DNA of 64,000 nucleotides from an uncultured Actinomycetota bacterium. GTDB taxonomy: Bacteria; Actinomycetota; Acidimicrobiia; Acidimicrobiales; Palsa-688. Location: contig CAWBWS010000001.1 of the NCBI GenBank assembly GCA_963792645.1, forward strand, positions 655,973-719,972, given 5' to 3'. Under the pieces are notes generated by a model. It was not told the origin of the DNA. It was given only the letters and a program-made list of their open reading frames with translations, and searched no databases. A program made the position numbers and the translations under genes. This document shows, one piece after another, positions 38,664-50,935 of this stretch; position 1 is the first letter of the stretch, and each line of letters starts with the position of its first letter.

Positions 38664-39243
38664 GTGCGGTGGCTGGTCTGCGACTACGGCGGCGTGCTCA
38701 GCGACGACCAGCCCGCCGCCGACCGGGCCGGCCTGGTGGCGCTCAGCGGTCTCGGGGACGCGGCCTTCTGGACCGCATACTGGCGCCACCGTCCCGCCTA
38801 CGACCGGGCCGCCCTGAGCGTCGGGGACTACTGGGCGGCCGTGCTCGGCTCGCCGCCTGCCCCGAGCGCGCCTCGGTGCCCTCGTCACCGTCGATGTCGC
38901 CAGCTGGCGCCATCCGAACCTTGAGACGGTGGCGGCGGCCGACCGTGCCGCGGCGCGGGGGTTCCGCTTGGCGTTGCTCTCTAACGCACCGGTGGAGGTG
39001 GCCCGGGCCATCGACCGGCAGCCCTGGCTGGCCGCCTTCACGCCACGGGTCTACAGCTGCGACCTGGGAGCCATCAAGCCCGATCCCGCCGTCTACCGCT
39101 CGCTGCTCGACGTGCTCGGCGCAGACGCCGGCGACGTGGTGTTCCTCGACGATCGGGAGGACAACGTGGCCGCGGCCGGCGAGCTCGGGATCGAGGCCCA
39201 CCTGTTCAAGGCACCTGTCCAGCTCGACGCCCTCGAGCCCTAG
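38664..39243 (+). CDS. HAD-superfamily hydrolase, one frame break near 38848
   Basis: VRWLVCDYGGVL (DxG-type motif I) continues after a +1 shift as RLGALVTVDVASWRHPNLETVAAADRAAARGFRLALLSNAP..VVFLDDREDNV. Confidence 0.7.
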
Positions 39244-39257
39244 CGCCGGTCAGTGGG

Positions 39258-39437
39258 TCAGTCGGGAACCGGGAAGTTGTCGATCGGGGCTCGCTGGCCG
39301 ATGACCTCGACGTCGTACATGGCGGCGTGGCCGGCGAGAGCCACGCGCGTCAGGTCCTCGGCCTGCCGGGTGTGGCGCTCGAGCGACGTGTCGTCCTCGT
39401 ACTCGTAGACGACCTTGAAGATGAGTTCGGCCAGCAA
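39258..39437 (-). CDS. Possible 59-aa protein of unknown function
   Basis: TTG 39437 lies 6 nt after GGAGG. Translation: LLAELIFKVVYEYEDDTSLERHTRQAEDLTRVALAGHAAMYDVEVIGQRAPIDNFPVPD. The composition is protein-like and the ORF is just below the track cut-off. Confidence 0.45.
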   Translation of the reverse strand: MLAELIFKVVYEYEDDTSLERHTRQAEDLTRVALAGHAAMYDVEVIGQRAPIDNFPVPD

Positions 39438-39481
39438 GACATGCCTCCAGTGACGATCCGGGCTGTCACGCTACGCCAGCT

Positions 39482-41253
<1,772 letters not shown>

Positions 41254-42669
41254 TCAACCCTGGGTCTTGACCTCTTCCCACAGCGCATCGAGGCCGGCCA
41301 GGTCGAGGGCCCGCAGGTCCTCGCCCCGCCCGGCAGCCAGCCGCTCGACGGCCATGAACCGGTTGCTGAACTTCCGGGTCGCCGACCGCAGGGCCGCCTC
41401 GGGGTCGATGTCCAGGTGTCGGGCTACGTTGACGACCGCGAAGAGGAGGTCCCCGAGCTCCTCGGCCACCTGGTCGTTCGGCGGTGCCTTCATGGCGTCA
41501 GCCAGCTCGGCCAGCTCCTCGGCGATCTTGGGCCAGGCGCCGTGCACGTCGTCCCAGTCGAAGCCAACGGTGGCCGCCTTGCGCTGCACCTTCTGGGCGT
41601 AGAGCAGCGACGGCAGGTGCCCGGGAATCCCGTCCATGATGCTGGCTCGGCCCTTCTCCGCCTGCTTGATCTGCTCCCAGTTGCGCAGCACCTGACCAGC
41701 GCTGCGGGCCTCGACGTCACCGAACACGTGCGGGTGGCGGTGCACCAGCTTGTTGTGGATGCCCTGAGCAATATCGGCCAGGGTGAACAAACCCTCCTCG
41801 CCGGCCAGGGTGGCGTGGAAGACGACCTGGAACAGCAGGTCGCCGAGCTCCTCCTGCAGGGAATCCGACCCCTCGAAGTCGGGTCCCAGGCCGTCGATGG
41901 CCTCGAGGACCTCGTAGGTCTCCTCGAGCAGGTGCCGGGTCAGCGACTGGTGGGTCTGTTCGCGGTCCCATGGGCAGCGCTCCCGCAGGGTGTGGACCAA
42001 CTCGTCGAAGCGCACCAGCTCGGCGGCGACCGGCGAGGCCAGGGCGGGAATCCACAGTGACGTGAGGTGGTCGGGCGTCACCCGGCGGTCCAGCTCGTCC
42101 CAGGGCACCGGAAAGACGGCTTCATCGGGAAGCCCCAGCCGCTGGATCACGGTCACCGCCGGGGAGGGATCCCCGACGGCCAGCTTGATGGCGGACAGCA
42201 CGACCTGGCTGTCGCACTGGGCCACGAGCAGCGGGCCGGCCTGGCCGGCGGCCTCGGTCGCGAACCGGTGTCCGTCGACGAGGCGCACCCCGGCCGCCAC
42301 TGGGTCGATCCCGAGCCGGGCCCAGGCCAGATCGAGGAACGACAGTGCCGAGCAGATCTCGACCTCGACCCTGGCATCCTCGCGGAGCAGCTCAACCGTC
42401 CGTTCGCCCACCAGTGGCGATCCGGGGACGGCGTACAGGATCTCGCCGTGCTCGTCGGCCGCCTCGACCAGTGCGTCGACGATCGCCGGGTACACCTGAT
42501 CGATCATCGTGGCGTCGTCGTACACCCAGTCGAACGATCGGGCGCCCGTGACCATGGACGCTGTCGGGTGCCGGGTGGTTCGGAGGAACCGGACCCGGAC
42601 CCGCTCGATGGCGGCCAGCGCCTCGGCCGTCAATTGGCCCGGCCCGCCCGGGCCGAGCCCCACGACCAC
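41254..42669 (-). CDS. mazG: MazG nucleoside triphosphate pyrophosphohydrolase with N-terminal tetrapyrrole-methylase-like domain (YabN-type architecture)
   Basis: The N-terminus is VVGLGPGGPGQLT..YAVPGSPLVGE. The MazG repeats are CPWDREQTHQSL..EETYEVLEAI..ELGDLLFQVV and EELAELADA..ELGDLLFAVVNVARHL. Confidence 0.9.
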   Translation of the reverse strand: MVVGLGPGGPGQLTAEALAAIERVRVRFLRTTRHPTASMVTGARSFDWVYDDATMIDQVYPAIVDALVEAADEHGEILYAVPGSPLVGERTVELLREDARVEVEICSALSFLDLAWARLGIDPVAAGVRLVDGHRFATEAAGQAGPLLVAQCDSQVVLSAIKLAVGDPSPAVTVIQRLGLPDEAVFPVPWDELDRRVTPDHLTSLWIPALASPVAAELVRFDELVHTLRERCPWDREQTHQSLTRHLLEETYEVLEAIDGLGPDFEGSDSLQEELGDLLFQVVFHATLAGEEGLFTLADIAQGIHNKLVHRHPHVFGDVEARSAGQVLRNWEQIKQAEKGRASIMDGIPGHLPSLLYAQKVQRKAATVGFDWDDVHGAWPKIAEELAELADAMKAPPNDQVAEELGDLLFAVVNVARHLDIDPEAALRSATRKFSNRFMAVERLAAGRGEDLRALDLAGLDALWEEVKTQG

Positions 42670-42686
42670 GACTCTGCCGGGCAGCC

Positions 42687-43796
42687 TCAGCCCCCAGCCG
42701 CGGCGGTGCTCGGCGTGGCGGTGGTCGGTGTGCTGCCGGCGACGGAGGGCACGGGCGGCGGCACCACCCCGGTGACCTGTCCAGTGGCGGTCGCCTTGGG
42801 ATTGAACGTCCCGAACTCGGGGTTGACCTTCACGCGGGCCGACTTGATCAGTGTGTTGAGCCGGGCGAGAGCCAGCCGTTGCTGGATGTCAGCCTTCACC
42901 GTGGCGTCGAGGGGCTCGATGGACCTCGCCGTGACCTCGATCAGGTGGTAGCCGAACTGTGTCCTGACCGGGTCGCTCACCTTGTGGACCGGCAGGCTGA
43001 CCACCGCCTGAGCGAACGGAGCGATCAGCTGCTGCAGGTCCTGGTTGGTGAAGCAGCCGTCGGTTGCCGAACCGGTCAGCGACCCCCCTTGCGCCGCGCT
43101 GCCCCCGCCAGTGCCCTGGTTGTCCTGCGAGACCGACTTGGCCAGGGCGGCGAAATCGGCCCCGCCCGCCAACTGGGCGGCCACCTGGTTGGCGTGGGTC
43201 AGGCTGGCCGAGAAGTCGATCTGGCCGTTGGTGCCCTTGTCGGCGATCAGGATGTGACGGACGCAGGCCTCGGTCTGGTAATCGGCGAGATGCGATTGGT
43301 AGTACTGATTGAGCGCGGCATCGCTGACGTCAGTGCTCGGGACGGTCTTGATGAAGTTGTCTGCCTCGGCCTGCTGGCCGACGAGCAGGTTCTGGTACCG
43401 GGCCGGGAAGGCGTCGAAGATCGTCTGGGTGAACTGTGACACGACTTGGGACCGGGCGTCGCTGATCTGGGCCGGTGTCGGCAGCGACTTGTCGGCGACC
43501 AGCCGCTGGTGGATGACCTGGAACTTGATCTGCTGGTTCAACAGGATGGCGACAAACGCCTTGTTGTAGCTGCCCTTGGTGGCCCCTTCGAACGGGCCCG
43601 GGGCGCCCGGGGCGTCGATCTGGGCGACGTAGCCCTTGTTGCGGGAAATGTCGGCCAGTTCCTGATCGACGGTCGTGCGGCTGATGACGCTGCCATTGAC
43701 CGTGGCCGCGTAGTCGATGGCCGAACCGCAGCCCGAGAGCCCCATCGAGACCACGCCGGCGGCAGTCATGAGGCTGAGGACCGAGAGACTCTTCAC
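42687..43796 (-). CDS. Lipoprotein peptidyl-prolyl isomerase (parvulin/SurA-PrsA-like)
   Basis: Lipobox VVSMGLSGCGS and parvulin block ACVRHILI..FGYHLIEV. GTG 43796 overlaps the mfd stop as GTGA. Confidence 0.8.
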   Translation of the reverse strand: MKSLSVLSLMTAAGVVSMGLSGCGSAIDYAATVNGSVISRTTVDQELADISRNKGYVAQIDAPGAPGPFEGATKGSYNKAFVAILLNQQIKFQVIHQRLVADKSLPTPAQISDARSQVVSQFTQTIFDAFPARYQNLLVGQQAEADNFIKTVPSTDVSDAALNQYYQSHLADYQTEACVRHILIADKGTNGQIDFSASLTHANQVAAQLAGGADFAALAKSVSQDNQGTGGGSAAQGGSLTGSATDGCFTNQDLQQLIAPFAQAVVSLPVHKVSDPVRTQFGYHLIEVTARSIEPLDATVKADIQQRLALARLNTLIKSARVKVNPEFGTFNPKATATGQVTGVVPPPVPSVAGSTPTTATPSTAAAGG

Positions 43797-46700
43797 GATG
43801 GGGAGGATGCTATCGACGCCGCCCCCGCCCGTACCACCACCGCCGGGGACGGCTCGGGGGCCAGCGCTTCGATCAGTTCGGTCACGAACAGGGCGGCTTC
43901 GGCGCCCCGGGGCACCGGCGCCACGATCTGGCCGATCTCGGCCTTGTAGATGGCGTTGGGCCAGCGCCGCTTCAGCCGGATCTGGCCGCTGGTCTTGAGC
44001 TCGATCGGAGCCAGCCGGGCTGTGACGGTGCCCATTCCCACCCCGCCCCGGACCACTGTGACCTCCCGGACACCGGTGCGGGCACATTCGGCCCGGAGAT
44101 GGCCGATGCGCAGGAGGGCCTCGGCGGGCGCCGGCAGCGGGCCGAACCGATCCACCCACTCTGACGCGATGTCATCGACCTCGGCGTGGGTGGTTACCAT
44201 CGCCAGCCGGCGGTAGGCCTCCAACCTCAGATCCTCCCGGGTCACATAGTCACTCGGCAGGTGGGCATCGACCGGCAGGTCGAGCTTGATCTCGGCCGGT
44301 TCCCGCAACGGCTCGCCCTTCATTTCGGCCACCGCCTCGCTGACCATCTGTACATACAGGTCGTAGCCGACCGCAGCGATGTGGCCGGACTGGTTGCTAC
44401 CGAGCAGGTTGCCGGCGCCGCGGATTTCCAGGTCCCGCATGGCGATCTTGAACCCCGACCCGAGCTCGGTGTGCTCGCCGATGGTGCGCAGCCGCTCGTA
44501 CGCCTCCTCTGACAACGCCACGTCGGGGGGGAACATCAGATACGCGTAGGCCCGTTGCCCGGCCCGACCGACCCGGCCCCGCAGCTGGTGCAACTGGCCC
44601 AGGCCGAGCCGGTCGGCGCGGTCGACGATCATGGTGTTGACGGTCGGCATGTCGATGCCGGACTCGATGATGGTCGTGCACACCAGCACGTCGGAGCGGC
44701 CCTCCCAGAACTCGAAGACCACCTTCTCGAGGCTGCCCTCGTCCATCTGGCCGTGGGCCACCACCACCCGGGCCTCGGGCACCAGGCCCCGGATCTCGGC
44801 CGCCACCTTCTCGATGTCCATGACCCGGTTGTGCACGTAGAAGACCTGACCCTCGCGCAGCAGCTCGCGGCGGATGGCCTCGGCGACCGCCCGCTCGTCG
44901 TACTCACCGACGTAGGTGAGGATGGGCTGACGCTCGGCCGGCGGGGTGTTGAGCAGGGTCAGGTCCCGGATCCCGGTCAGGCTCATCTCGAGGGTGCGGG
45001 GGATCGGTGTGGCGGTGAGGGTGAGCACGTCGACGTCGGACCGGAGCTGCTTGATGGCCTCCTTGTGACCGACCCCGAAGCGCTGCTCCTCGTCGACGAC
45101 GAGGAGCCCGAGATCCCTGAACTTGACGTCGTTCGAGAGCAGCTTGTGGGTGGCGATGACCACGTCGACGGTGCCGTCCGCCAAGCCACTGATCACCTTG
45201 GCCGATTGCCCGGGGGTGAGGAACCGGGACAGCATCTCGACCCGGATCGGGTAGCCGGCGAACCGGTCGGAGAACGTCTGCAGGTGCTGCGACGCCAGCA
45301 GGGTGGTCGGAACCAGCACCGCCACCTGTTTGCCATCCTGCACCGACTTGAAGGCGGCCCGGATGGCCACCTCGGTCTTGCCGAAGCCGACGTCGCCACA
45401 CACCAGCCGGTCCATCGGGACGGCCTCCTCCATGTCAGCCTTGACATCAGCCGCCGCCTTCAGCTGGTCGGCGGTCTCCGTGTATTGGAAGCCGGCCTCC
45501 ATCTCGATCTGCCACGGCGTGTCCGGCGAGAAGGCAAAGCCGGGGGCGTGAACGCGCCTCTGGTACAGGACGACCAGCTCCTGTGCGATCTGGCGGGCCG
45601 CGGCCCGGACCCGGGACTTGGCCTTGTTCCAGTCGGCACCTCCGAGCCGGTTGACCGGCGGTGTCTCGCCGCCGGTATAGGGCCGCAGCAGATCGATCTG
45701 GTCGGAAGGGACGTAGAGCTTGTCGCCGCCCCGGTACTCGAGCAGCAGGTAGTCGCGCTCTGTCCCGCCGATCGAACGTTTGACCATGCCGCCGAAGCGG
45801 CCCACGCCGTGCTGATAGTGGACGACGAAATCGCCGGCCTTCATGTCGTCGAAGAAGGTCTCGACCGAGCGGGCCCGCGGCCGGGCCGGGCGGTGGGCCC
45901 GCCGGCGGCCGGTGACGTCGCTTTCGGCGAGAACCGCCAGGCGCAGCGCTGGGTACACGAAGCCCCGCTCGAGTGGCTGCACAACGACCCGGAGCCCGGG
46001 CCGCTCGACGCGCTCGCCAGGCCCGGTCACGGGTGCGACCAGGCCGCCATCGCGGAACGCCTGCGCGATCCGAGCCGCGCTGCCGGCCCCCTCGGCGCAC
46101 ACCACGACCGCATAGCCGGTCCCGGTCAGCTCGGCCACTTGCCTGATCAGACGGTCGGAGTCGCCCATGAACGGCTCCCAGCCAGTAGCCGCGACCGTGG
46201 TCGTCCCTGGTCCTTCGGCCGCCGCGGCCACCGTGGCCACCTGCGCGTCCGTATGGGCCAACAGCCGATCGAACGGCAGGTGGAGCCTCGGGAACGCGGC
46301 TCCGGCCGCCCCCCACGTGGACGCCAGGGTGCTGGCCAGGGCCGCCTCCTCATCGAGCAGCTCGGCCGCCCGGTCCCGCATGCGGCGGGCTTCGACCAAC
46401 AGGATCTGGGCCCCCGGCGGTACGAGGTCGAGGAGGACGTGCTCGCCGTCTGTCAGCCAGGGCAGCCACGACTCCATGCCGTCGAAGGTCAGACCCTCGG
46501 CCAACCGCTCCCACTGCTGCCGGCCCCAGGGCTGTTCACCCACCAGCCGGGCGGCGCGCGCCCGCACGGCGTCGGATGGCAGCAGCTCCCGGCAACCGAA
46601 GATCTCGGCGGTCGCCAGATCGCCGACGGAGCGCTGATCGGCGACCGAGAACTCGGTCAGCCGTTCGACGTCGTCGCCCCACAGATCGATCCGAACCGGC

Positions 46701-47290
46701 GTGTCGACGGTCGAGGGGAACACGTCGACGATCGATCCCCGGACCGCGAACTCACCTCGATGCTCGACCTGGTACTCCCGCCGGTAGCCGGCGCCGGCCA
46801 ACCGGGCGATGAGGTCGGCCTGGTCGAGCCGGTCGCCGAGGGCGACGACCACCGGCTCGATGCCGTCCACGTCGGGCCCCAGCCGCTGCATCAGGGCCCG
46901 TATCGGGGCGACCAGGACCCGCGGCATCCGGGACGGGTCCCGCAGCCGCCAGATGGTCCGCAACCGGCGGCCCATGGTCTCGACGCTCGGACTGACCCGT
47001 TCGAACGGCAGCGTCTCCCAGGCCGTGAACAGCTCCACATCGCGGTGGCCGATGAACGCCCGCAGGTCATGGGCCAGGCGCTCGGCGTCGGACTGGGTCG
47101 GGACCACTACCACGATGGGCCGGCGCTCCGAGCCCTCGGCCAGGGCGGCGATGGTGAACGCTCGGGCCGGTTCGGGTACCGCGATGACGGACGCAGCCGA
47201 CCAGGCCAGGTCGGCGAGCGTCTCGTCGCGCTTGACCAGGGGCAGGAGGTCGGACAGGGACGTCTCAGCCAACGGAGCCACTTCAGCCAT
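43793..47290 (-). CDS. mfd: Transcription-repair coupling factor Mfd
   Basis: Intact ORF with a helicase core ([18 protein letters not shown]) and a TRCF domain. ATG 47290 is preferred and overlaps the pth stop. Confidence 0.95.
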   Translation of the reverse strand: MAEVAPLAETSLSDLLPLVKRDETLADLAWSAASVIAVPEPARAFTIAALAEGSERRPIVVVVPTQSDAERLAHDLRAFIGHRDVELFTAWETLPFERVSPSVETMGRRLRTIWRLRDPSRMPRVLVAPIRALMQRLGPDVDGIEPVVVALGDRLDQADLIARLAGAGYRREYQVEHRGEFAVRGSIVDVFPSTVDTPVRIDLWGDDVERLTEFSVADQRSVGDLATAEIFGCRELLPSDAVRARAARLVGEQPWGRQQWERLAEGLTFDGMESWLPWLTDGEHVLLDLVPPGAQILLVEARRMRDRAAELLDEEAALASTLASTWGAAGAAFPRLHLPFDRLLAHTDAQVATVAAAAEGPGTTTVAATGWEPFMGDSDRLIRQVAELTGTGYAVVVCAEGAGSAARIAQAFRDGGLVAPVTGPGERVERPGLRVVVQPLERGFVYPALRLAVLAESDVTGRRRAHRPARPRARSVETFFDDMKAGDFVVHYQHGVGRFGGMVKRSIGGTERDYLLLEYRGGDKLYVPSDQIDLLRPYTGGETPPVNRLGGADWNKAKSRVRAAARQIAQELVVLYQRRVHAPGFAFSPDTPWQIEMEAGFQYTETADQLKAAADVKADMEEAVPMDRLVCGDVGFGKTEVAIRAAFKSVQDGKQVAVLVPTTLLASQHLQTFSDRFAGYPIRVEMLSRFLTPGQSAKVISGLADGTVDVVIATHKLLSNDVKFRDLGLLVVDEEQRFGVGHKEAIKQLRSDVDVLTLTATPIPRTLEMSLTGIRDLTLLNTPPAERQPILTYVGEYDERAVAEAIRRELLREGQVFYVHNRVMDIEKVAAEIRGLVPEARVVVAHGQMDEGSLEKVVFEFWEGRSDVLVCTTIIESGIDMPTVNTMIVDRADRLGLGQLHQLRGRVGRAGQRAYAYLMFPPDVALSEEAYERLRTIGEHTELGSGFKIAMRDLEIRGAGNLLGSNQSGHIAAVGYDLYVQMVSEAVAEMKGEPLREPAEIKLDLPVDAHLPSDYVTREDLRLEAYRRLAMVTTHAEVDDIASEWVDRFGPLPAPAEALLRIGHLRAECARTGVREVTVVRGGVGMGTVTARLAPIELKTSGQIRLKRRWPNAIYKAEIGQIVAPVPRGAEAALFVTELIEALAPEPSPAVVVRAGAASIASSPS

Positions 47291-47843
47291 TGAACCGGTT
47301 CTGGGCAGGGACGACACCCTCGCCGAGGATCAGCTCGACGGCGTCCGCCGCCTCCTCGATGGCCACGTCCAGCTCGCCGCGATCGGCTTTGCCGGGCGGC
47401 CGCAGCACGTGTTCGATCCCCTGCTGGCGGCCTGGTGGCTTGCCGATGCCGATCCGGATGCGGGTGAAGGCGTCGTCATGAAGGTGGGCTTTGATGGACT
47501 TCAGCCCGTTGTGGCCGGCCAGGCCGCCGCCGGCCTTGACCTGGAGACGGCCGACCGGGAGATCGAGCTCATCGTGGACGACCACCAGGTCGGCCAGGTC
47601 GTCGATCCCGAACCGGCGGACCAGCGGGGCGACGGCCAGGCCGGAGTCATTCATGAACGTCTGTGGGAAGGCCAGGGCCAAACGCCGCCCGTTGACGGTC
47701 GCCTCGGCCACGAGGGAGCGCTCCCGCTTGAGGGCACGAAGCTTCTCGCGGTGGCGGGTGGCCAGCCTCATGATCACCTCGGCCCCCACGTTGTGCCGGG
47801 TACCCGCGTACTCGGCGCCCGGATTGCCGAGACCGACGGCCAA
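47283..47843 (-). CDS. pth: Peptidyl-tRNA hydrolase
   Basis: VGLGNPGAEYAGTRHNVG..HDELDLPVG..GGLAGHNGLKS. TTG start. Confidence 0.9.
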   Translation of the reverse strand: MAVGLGNPGAEYAGTRHNVGAEVIMRLATRHREKLRALKRERSLVAEATVNGRRLALAFPQTFMNDSGLAVAPLVRRFGIDDLADLVVVHDELDLPVGRLQVKAGGGLAGHNGLKSIKAHLHDDAFTRIRIGIGKPPGRQQGIEHVLRPPGKADRGELDVAIEEAADAVELILGEGVVPAQNRFNG

Positions 47844-47882
47844 GAGGTCGGCGGCCGTGCCGGTTCGAGGCTTGAGCAGGTG

Positions 47883-48542
47883 CTACCCCCCGGAGGAGGA
47901 GCCCGCCCCCTCGGCGGTGGCGCCCTCGGCCGCAGCCGCTGCTTCGACCTCGGCGGCGGGTGCCGCCTCCTCGGCCTCGGCCTCGGTGGACGAGCCCTGG
48001 GCGATGACCAGCGCCTCCTCGGGGTCCACGTCGGTGGTCACGCCGGCGGGCAGCGAGATGTCGCCCACCCGCACCTGATCACCGATCGCCAGGGCGCTGA
48101 TGTCGATCTCGATGTGGCTGGGAATGGCGCCCGGGAGGGCGTTGACGGTGAGGCTGGTCAACGGCTGCTCGATGACGCCGTTGGCCTGGGCGACCAGCCG
48201 GGCCTCGCCGAGCAGGACGACCGGCACCTCGGCCGAGACCACCTCGTCACGGCGCACGATCAGGAAGTCGACGTGGGTGACGGTGCTGCGCACCGGGTGG
48301 CGCTGGATCTCCCGGGCGAGGGTCAGGTGGGTCTCGTCACCGACCTTGAGGGCCAGCAGGGCGTTGAGCCCGGAGTCGGTCGTGAGGGCGGCCCGCAGGT
48401 CGCGGCCGTCGACCGACACCGGCAGCGGATCCGTGCCGTGGCCGTAGATGACCCCCGGGATGCGGCCCGCAGCACGTAGACGACCGGCCGGCCTCGACCC
48501 GACGGGTCGACCGGGTTCTGCAACGAGGGTGATCTCGGCCAT
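47883..48542 (-). CDS. rplY: 50S ribosomal protein L25 / general stress protein Ctc
   Basis: RLRAAGRIPGVIYGHG..VQRHP-like..THVDF, with an acidic/Ala-rich tail. ATG at 48542. Confidence 0.9.
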   Translation of the reverse strand: MAEITLVAEPGRPVGSRPAGRLRAAGRIPGVIYGHGTDPLPVSVDGRDLRAALTTDSGLNALLALKVGDETHLTLAREIQRHPVRSTVTHVDFLIVRRDEVVSAEVPVVLLGEARLVAQANGVIEQPLTSLTVNALPGAIPSHIEIDISALAIGDQVRVGDISLPAGVTTDVDPEEALVIAQGSSTEAEAEEAAPAAEVEAAAAAEGATAEGAGSSSGG

Positions 48543-48614
48543 TGAGCGCGCTCCTACCACACAAGCTTCTTCGGGACCCGTCGATGCTACCGGACCTCCC
48601 GGGCCGGCGCGGAC

Positions 48615-49610
48615 TCAGGTCTGGTTTTCCCCCCCGAAGATCTGGGAGACGGAGCCGTCCTCGAACACCGCATCGATGGCGTCGGCGATGTGCTTGGCGA
48701 CCGAGCACACCTCGATCTTGTCGATCTGCTTCTCCGGCGGCAACGGCAGGGTGTCAGTGACGACGACCCGGGCGATGCGGGAGTTCTTGAGACGGTCGAT
48801 CGCCGGATCGGACAGCAGGGCATGGGTGGCCATGGCCCACACCTCCGTGGCCCCCTTGGCCAGCAGCACGTTGGCCGCCGCGCAGATGGTACCGGCGGTG
48901 TCGATCATGTCGTCGATGAGCACGCACATGCGGCCGCTGACCTCACCCATGACGTCCAGGGCCTGGACCTGGTTGATGCTGTCCTTGGGCCGGCGCTTGT
49001 AGACGCTGGCCACGTCGACGCCGGCCGCCAGATGGCGGGCCGCCTGCTCGGCCACCTTGGTCCGCCCCGTGTCAGGCGCCACCATGACGAAGTCGTCGGA
49101 TGCGTACCGGCGCAGGTAGTCCACCAGCACCGGCACCGCCGTCAGGTGGTCGACCGGGCCGTCGAAGAACCCCTGGATCTGACCCGAGTGCAGGTCGACG
49201 GACATGATGCGGTCGGCGCCCGCGGTGGCGAAGACGTCAGACACCATCCGAGCGCTGATCGGCTCCCGACCCTTGGACTTGCGGTCCTGGCGGGAGTACC
49301 CGTAGTAGGGGCAGACGGCGGTGATGCGCTTGGCCGACGCCCGCTTGGCGGCGTCGATCATCAACCACTGCTCCATGAGCGAGTCGTTGACCGAACGACC
49401 CGGTGTCCGGCAATGGGACTGGAGGATGAACACGTCGGCGCCCCTGACCGACTCCTCGAAGCGCGGGCGTATCTCGCCGTTGGCGAAATCAACCAGGTTG
49501 GGCGCGGACAGCTCGACACCGATGTTGGCGGCGATCTCGGTGGCCAGCGCCAGGTGCGAGCGCCCGGACATCACGTGCAGCTTGCGCTTCGGAACAAGTT
49601 CCACTGACAC
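48615..49610 (-). CDS. prs: Ribose-phosphate pyrophosphokinase
   Basis: CPYYGYSRQDRK..VAPDTGRTK..LIDDMIDTAGT. Confidence 0.95.
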   Translation of the reverse strand: MSVELVPKRKLHVMSGRSHLALATEIAANIGVELSAPNLVDFANGEIRPRFEESVRGADVFILQSHCRTPGRSVNDSLMEQWLMIDAAKRASAKRITAVCPYYGYSRQDRKSKGREPISARMVSDVFATAGADRIMSVDLHSGQIQGFFDGPVDHLTAVPVLVDYLRRYASDDFVMVAPDTGRTKVAEQAARHLAAGVDVASVYKRRPKDSINQVQALDVMGEVSGRMCVLIDDMIDTAGTICAAANVLLAKGATEVWAMATHALLSDPAIDRLKNSRIARVVVTDTLPLPPEKQIDKIEVCSVAKHIADAIDAVFEDGSVSQIFGGENQT

Positions 49611-50720
49611 TCACCCAATCTCGTCATCGGGGCGACCGATGAAGCATGGACCCGTCACCGTACCTGGCGCCACCCGGGCCCCGGGCAGGATGGTGGCGTA
49701 GGGCCCCACCGTGGCGTCGGCACCCACATGGGCGGAGCGGACGACCGAGTTGGTCACCGTCGCCCGGGCCTCGACCACCGAGTCGACCAGATGGCTGTTG
49801 GGGCCGATCTCGGCGCCCGTCGCCACGGTCGTGCGGCCCTGGAGAAGCGTTCCTGGGAAAAGGGTGACGTCGGGTGCCAGGACCACAGACGTGTCCACGT
49901 AGGTCCGCTCCGGGTCGAGCATGGTGACGCCGCGGCGCATCCAACGCTCGTTGATGCGATCGCGGAACTCGGCTTCGGCCACGGCCAGCTGGGCCCGGTC
50001 GTTGACCCCGGCCACCTCCATGGACTCGGCCACCCGCATGGTCGTCACCGGGTAGCCGGCGTTGTGCAGCACGTGGACGATGTCGGTCAGGTAGTACTCG
50101 CCCTGGACGTTGTCGGGGCTGAGCCGGCGCAGGGCGGGAGCCAGCACGCTGCGCCGAAACGCGTAGATGCCAGTGTTGACCTCGGTGATGGCCCGTTCCG
50201 CGTCGTTGGCGTCGGCGTGCTCGACGATGCGGGCCACCCGATCGTCCTTCCCCCGCACGATGCGGCCGTACCCGGCCGGTTCGACCAGGTCGGCGGTGAG
50301 GACGGTGGCCGCGGCATCGGCCCGCCGGTGCTCGCGAACCAGACCGGCCAGGGTCGGGGGTCGGAGCAGCGGAGTGTCGCCGGGCAGGACCACCACGTCG
50401 CCGCCGTCGCCCTCATCGTCGTCGGGGAAGGCGGTCAGGGCGACGGCCACCGCGTCACCCGTGCCCCGCTGCACGTGCTGCTCCACAAAATCGATGGTCA
50501 GACCAGGCGACAGCTGCTCCTGCAGGGTCTTGGTGACCCGCTCGGCGCCGTGGCCCACCACGACCACCGCCCGCTGGAGATCGAGCTCGACCAGGGCGTC
50601 GAGAACGTGCAGCACCATGGGCCGCCCGCACAGCCGGTGCAGCGGCTTGGGCCTGGCCGAGCGCATCCGTGTCCCCTCCCCGGCAGCCAGCACGATGGCG
50701 GACACGGGCCGCTCGTTCAT
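49611..50720 (-). CDS. glmU: GlmU-like UDP-N-acetylglucosamine pyrophosphorylase; left-handed beta-helix domain ends early (about 369 aa)
   Basis: VLAAGEGTRMRSARPKPLH..LPGDTPLL..NTGIYAF..EYYLTD, followed by hexapeptide repeats ending ..GPYATILPGARVAPGTVTGPCFIGRPDDEIG and a stop. The prs GTG follows immediately. Confidence 0.8.
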   Translation of the reverse strand: MNERPVSAIVLAAGEGTRMRSARPKPLHRLCGRPMVLHVLDALVELDLQRAVVVVGHGAERVTKTLQEQLSPGLTIDFVEQHVQRGTGDAVAVALTAFPDDDEGDGGDVVVLPGDTPLLRPPTLAGLVREHRRADAAATVLTADLVEPAGYGRIVRGKDDRVARIVEHADANDAERAITEVNTGIYAFRRSVLAPALRRLSPDNVQGEYYLTDIVHVLHNAGYPVTTMRVAESMEVAGVNDRAQLAVAEAEFRDRINERWMRRGVTMLDPERTYVDTSVVLAPDVTLFPGTLLQGRTTVATGAEIGPNSHLVDSVVEARATVTNSVVRSAHVGADATVGPYATILPGARVAPGTVTGPCFIGRPDDEIG

Positions 50721-50935
50721 CGATGGGTCACCCCACCTTTCTAGCAAGCCGGTCCGACCGGCTCGGACCACCTCGCCGGTGGATCACCGCCAGATCAACT
50801 CGCGGACAACAAAAGGCCAGAAGGGGGGTTTGCGCACATACAAGGGCACGGAATGATCTACCGTATCGAACAGCAGATGGGGTTTGAGGAGCGTTGGCAG
50901 CCGTTCCCGACTCGGCAACCAGGCAAGGGGTGTCA

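Noticed and set aside
44555-47293. 912-aa ORF on the + strand
   Set aside because: It is antisense to the intact mfd, with low-complexity Gly/Arg/Asp/Pro content and no recognisable domain.
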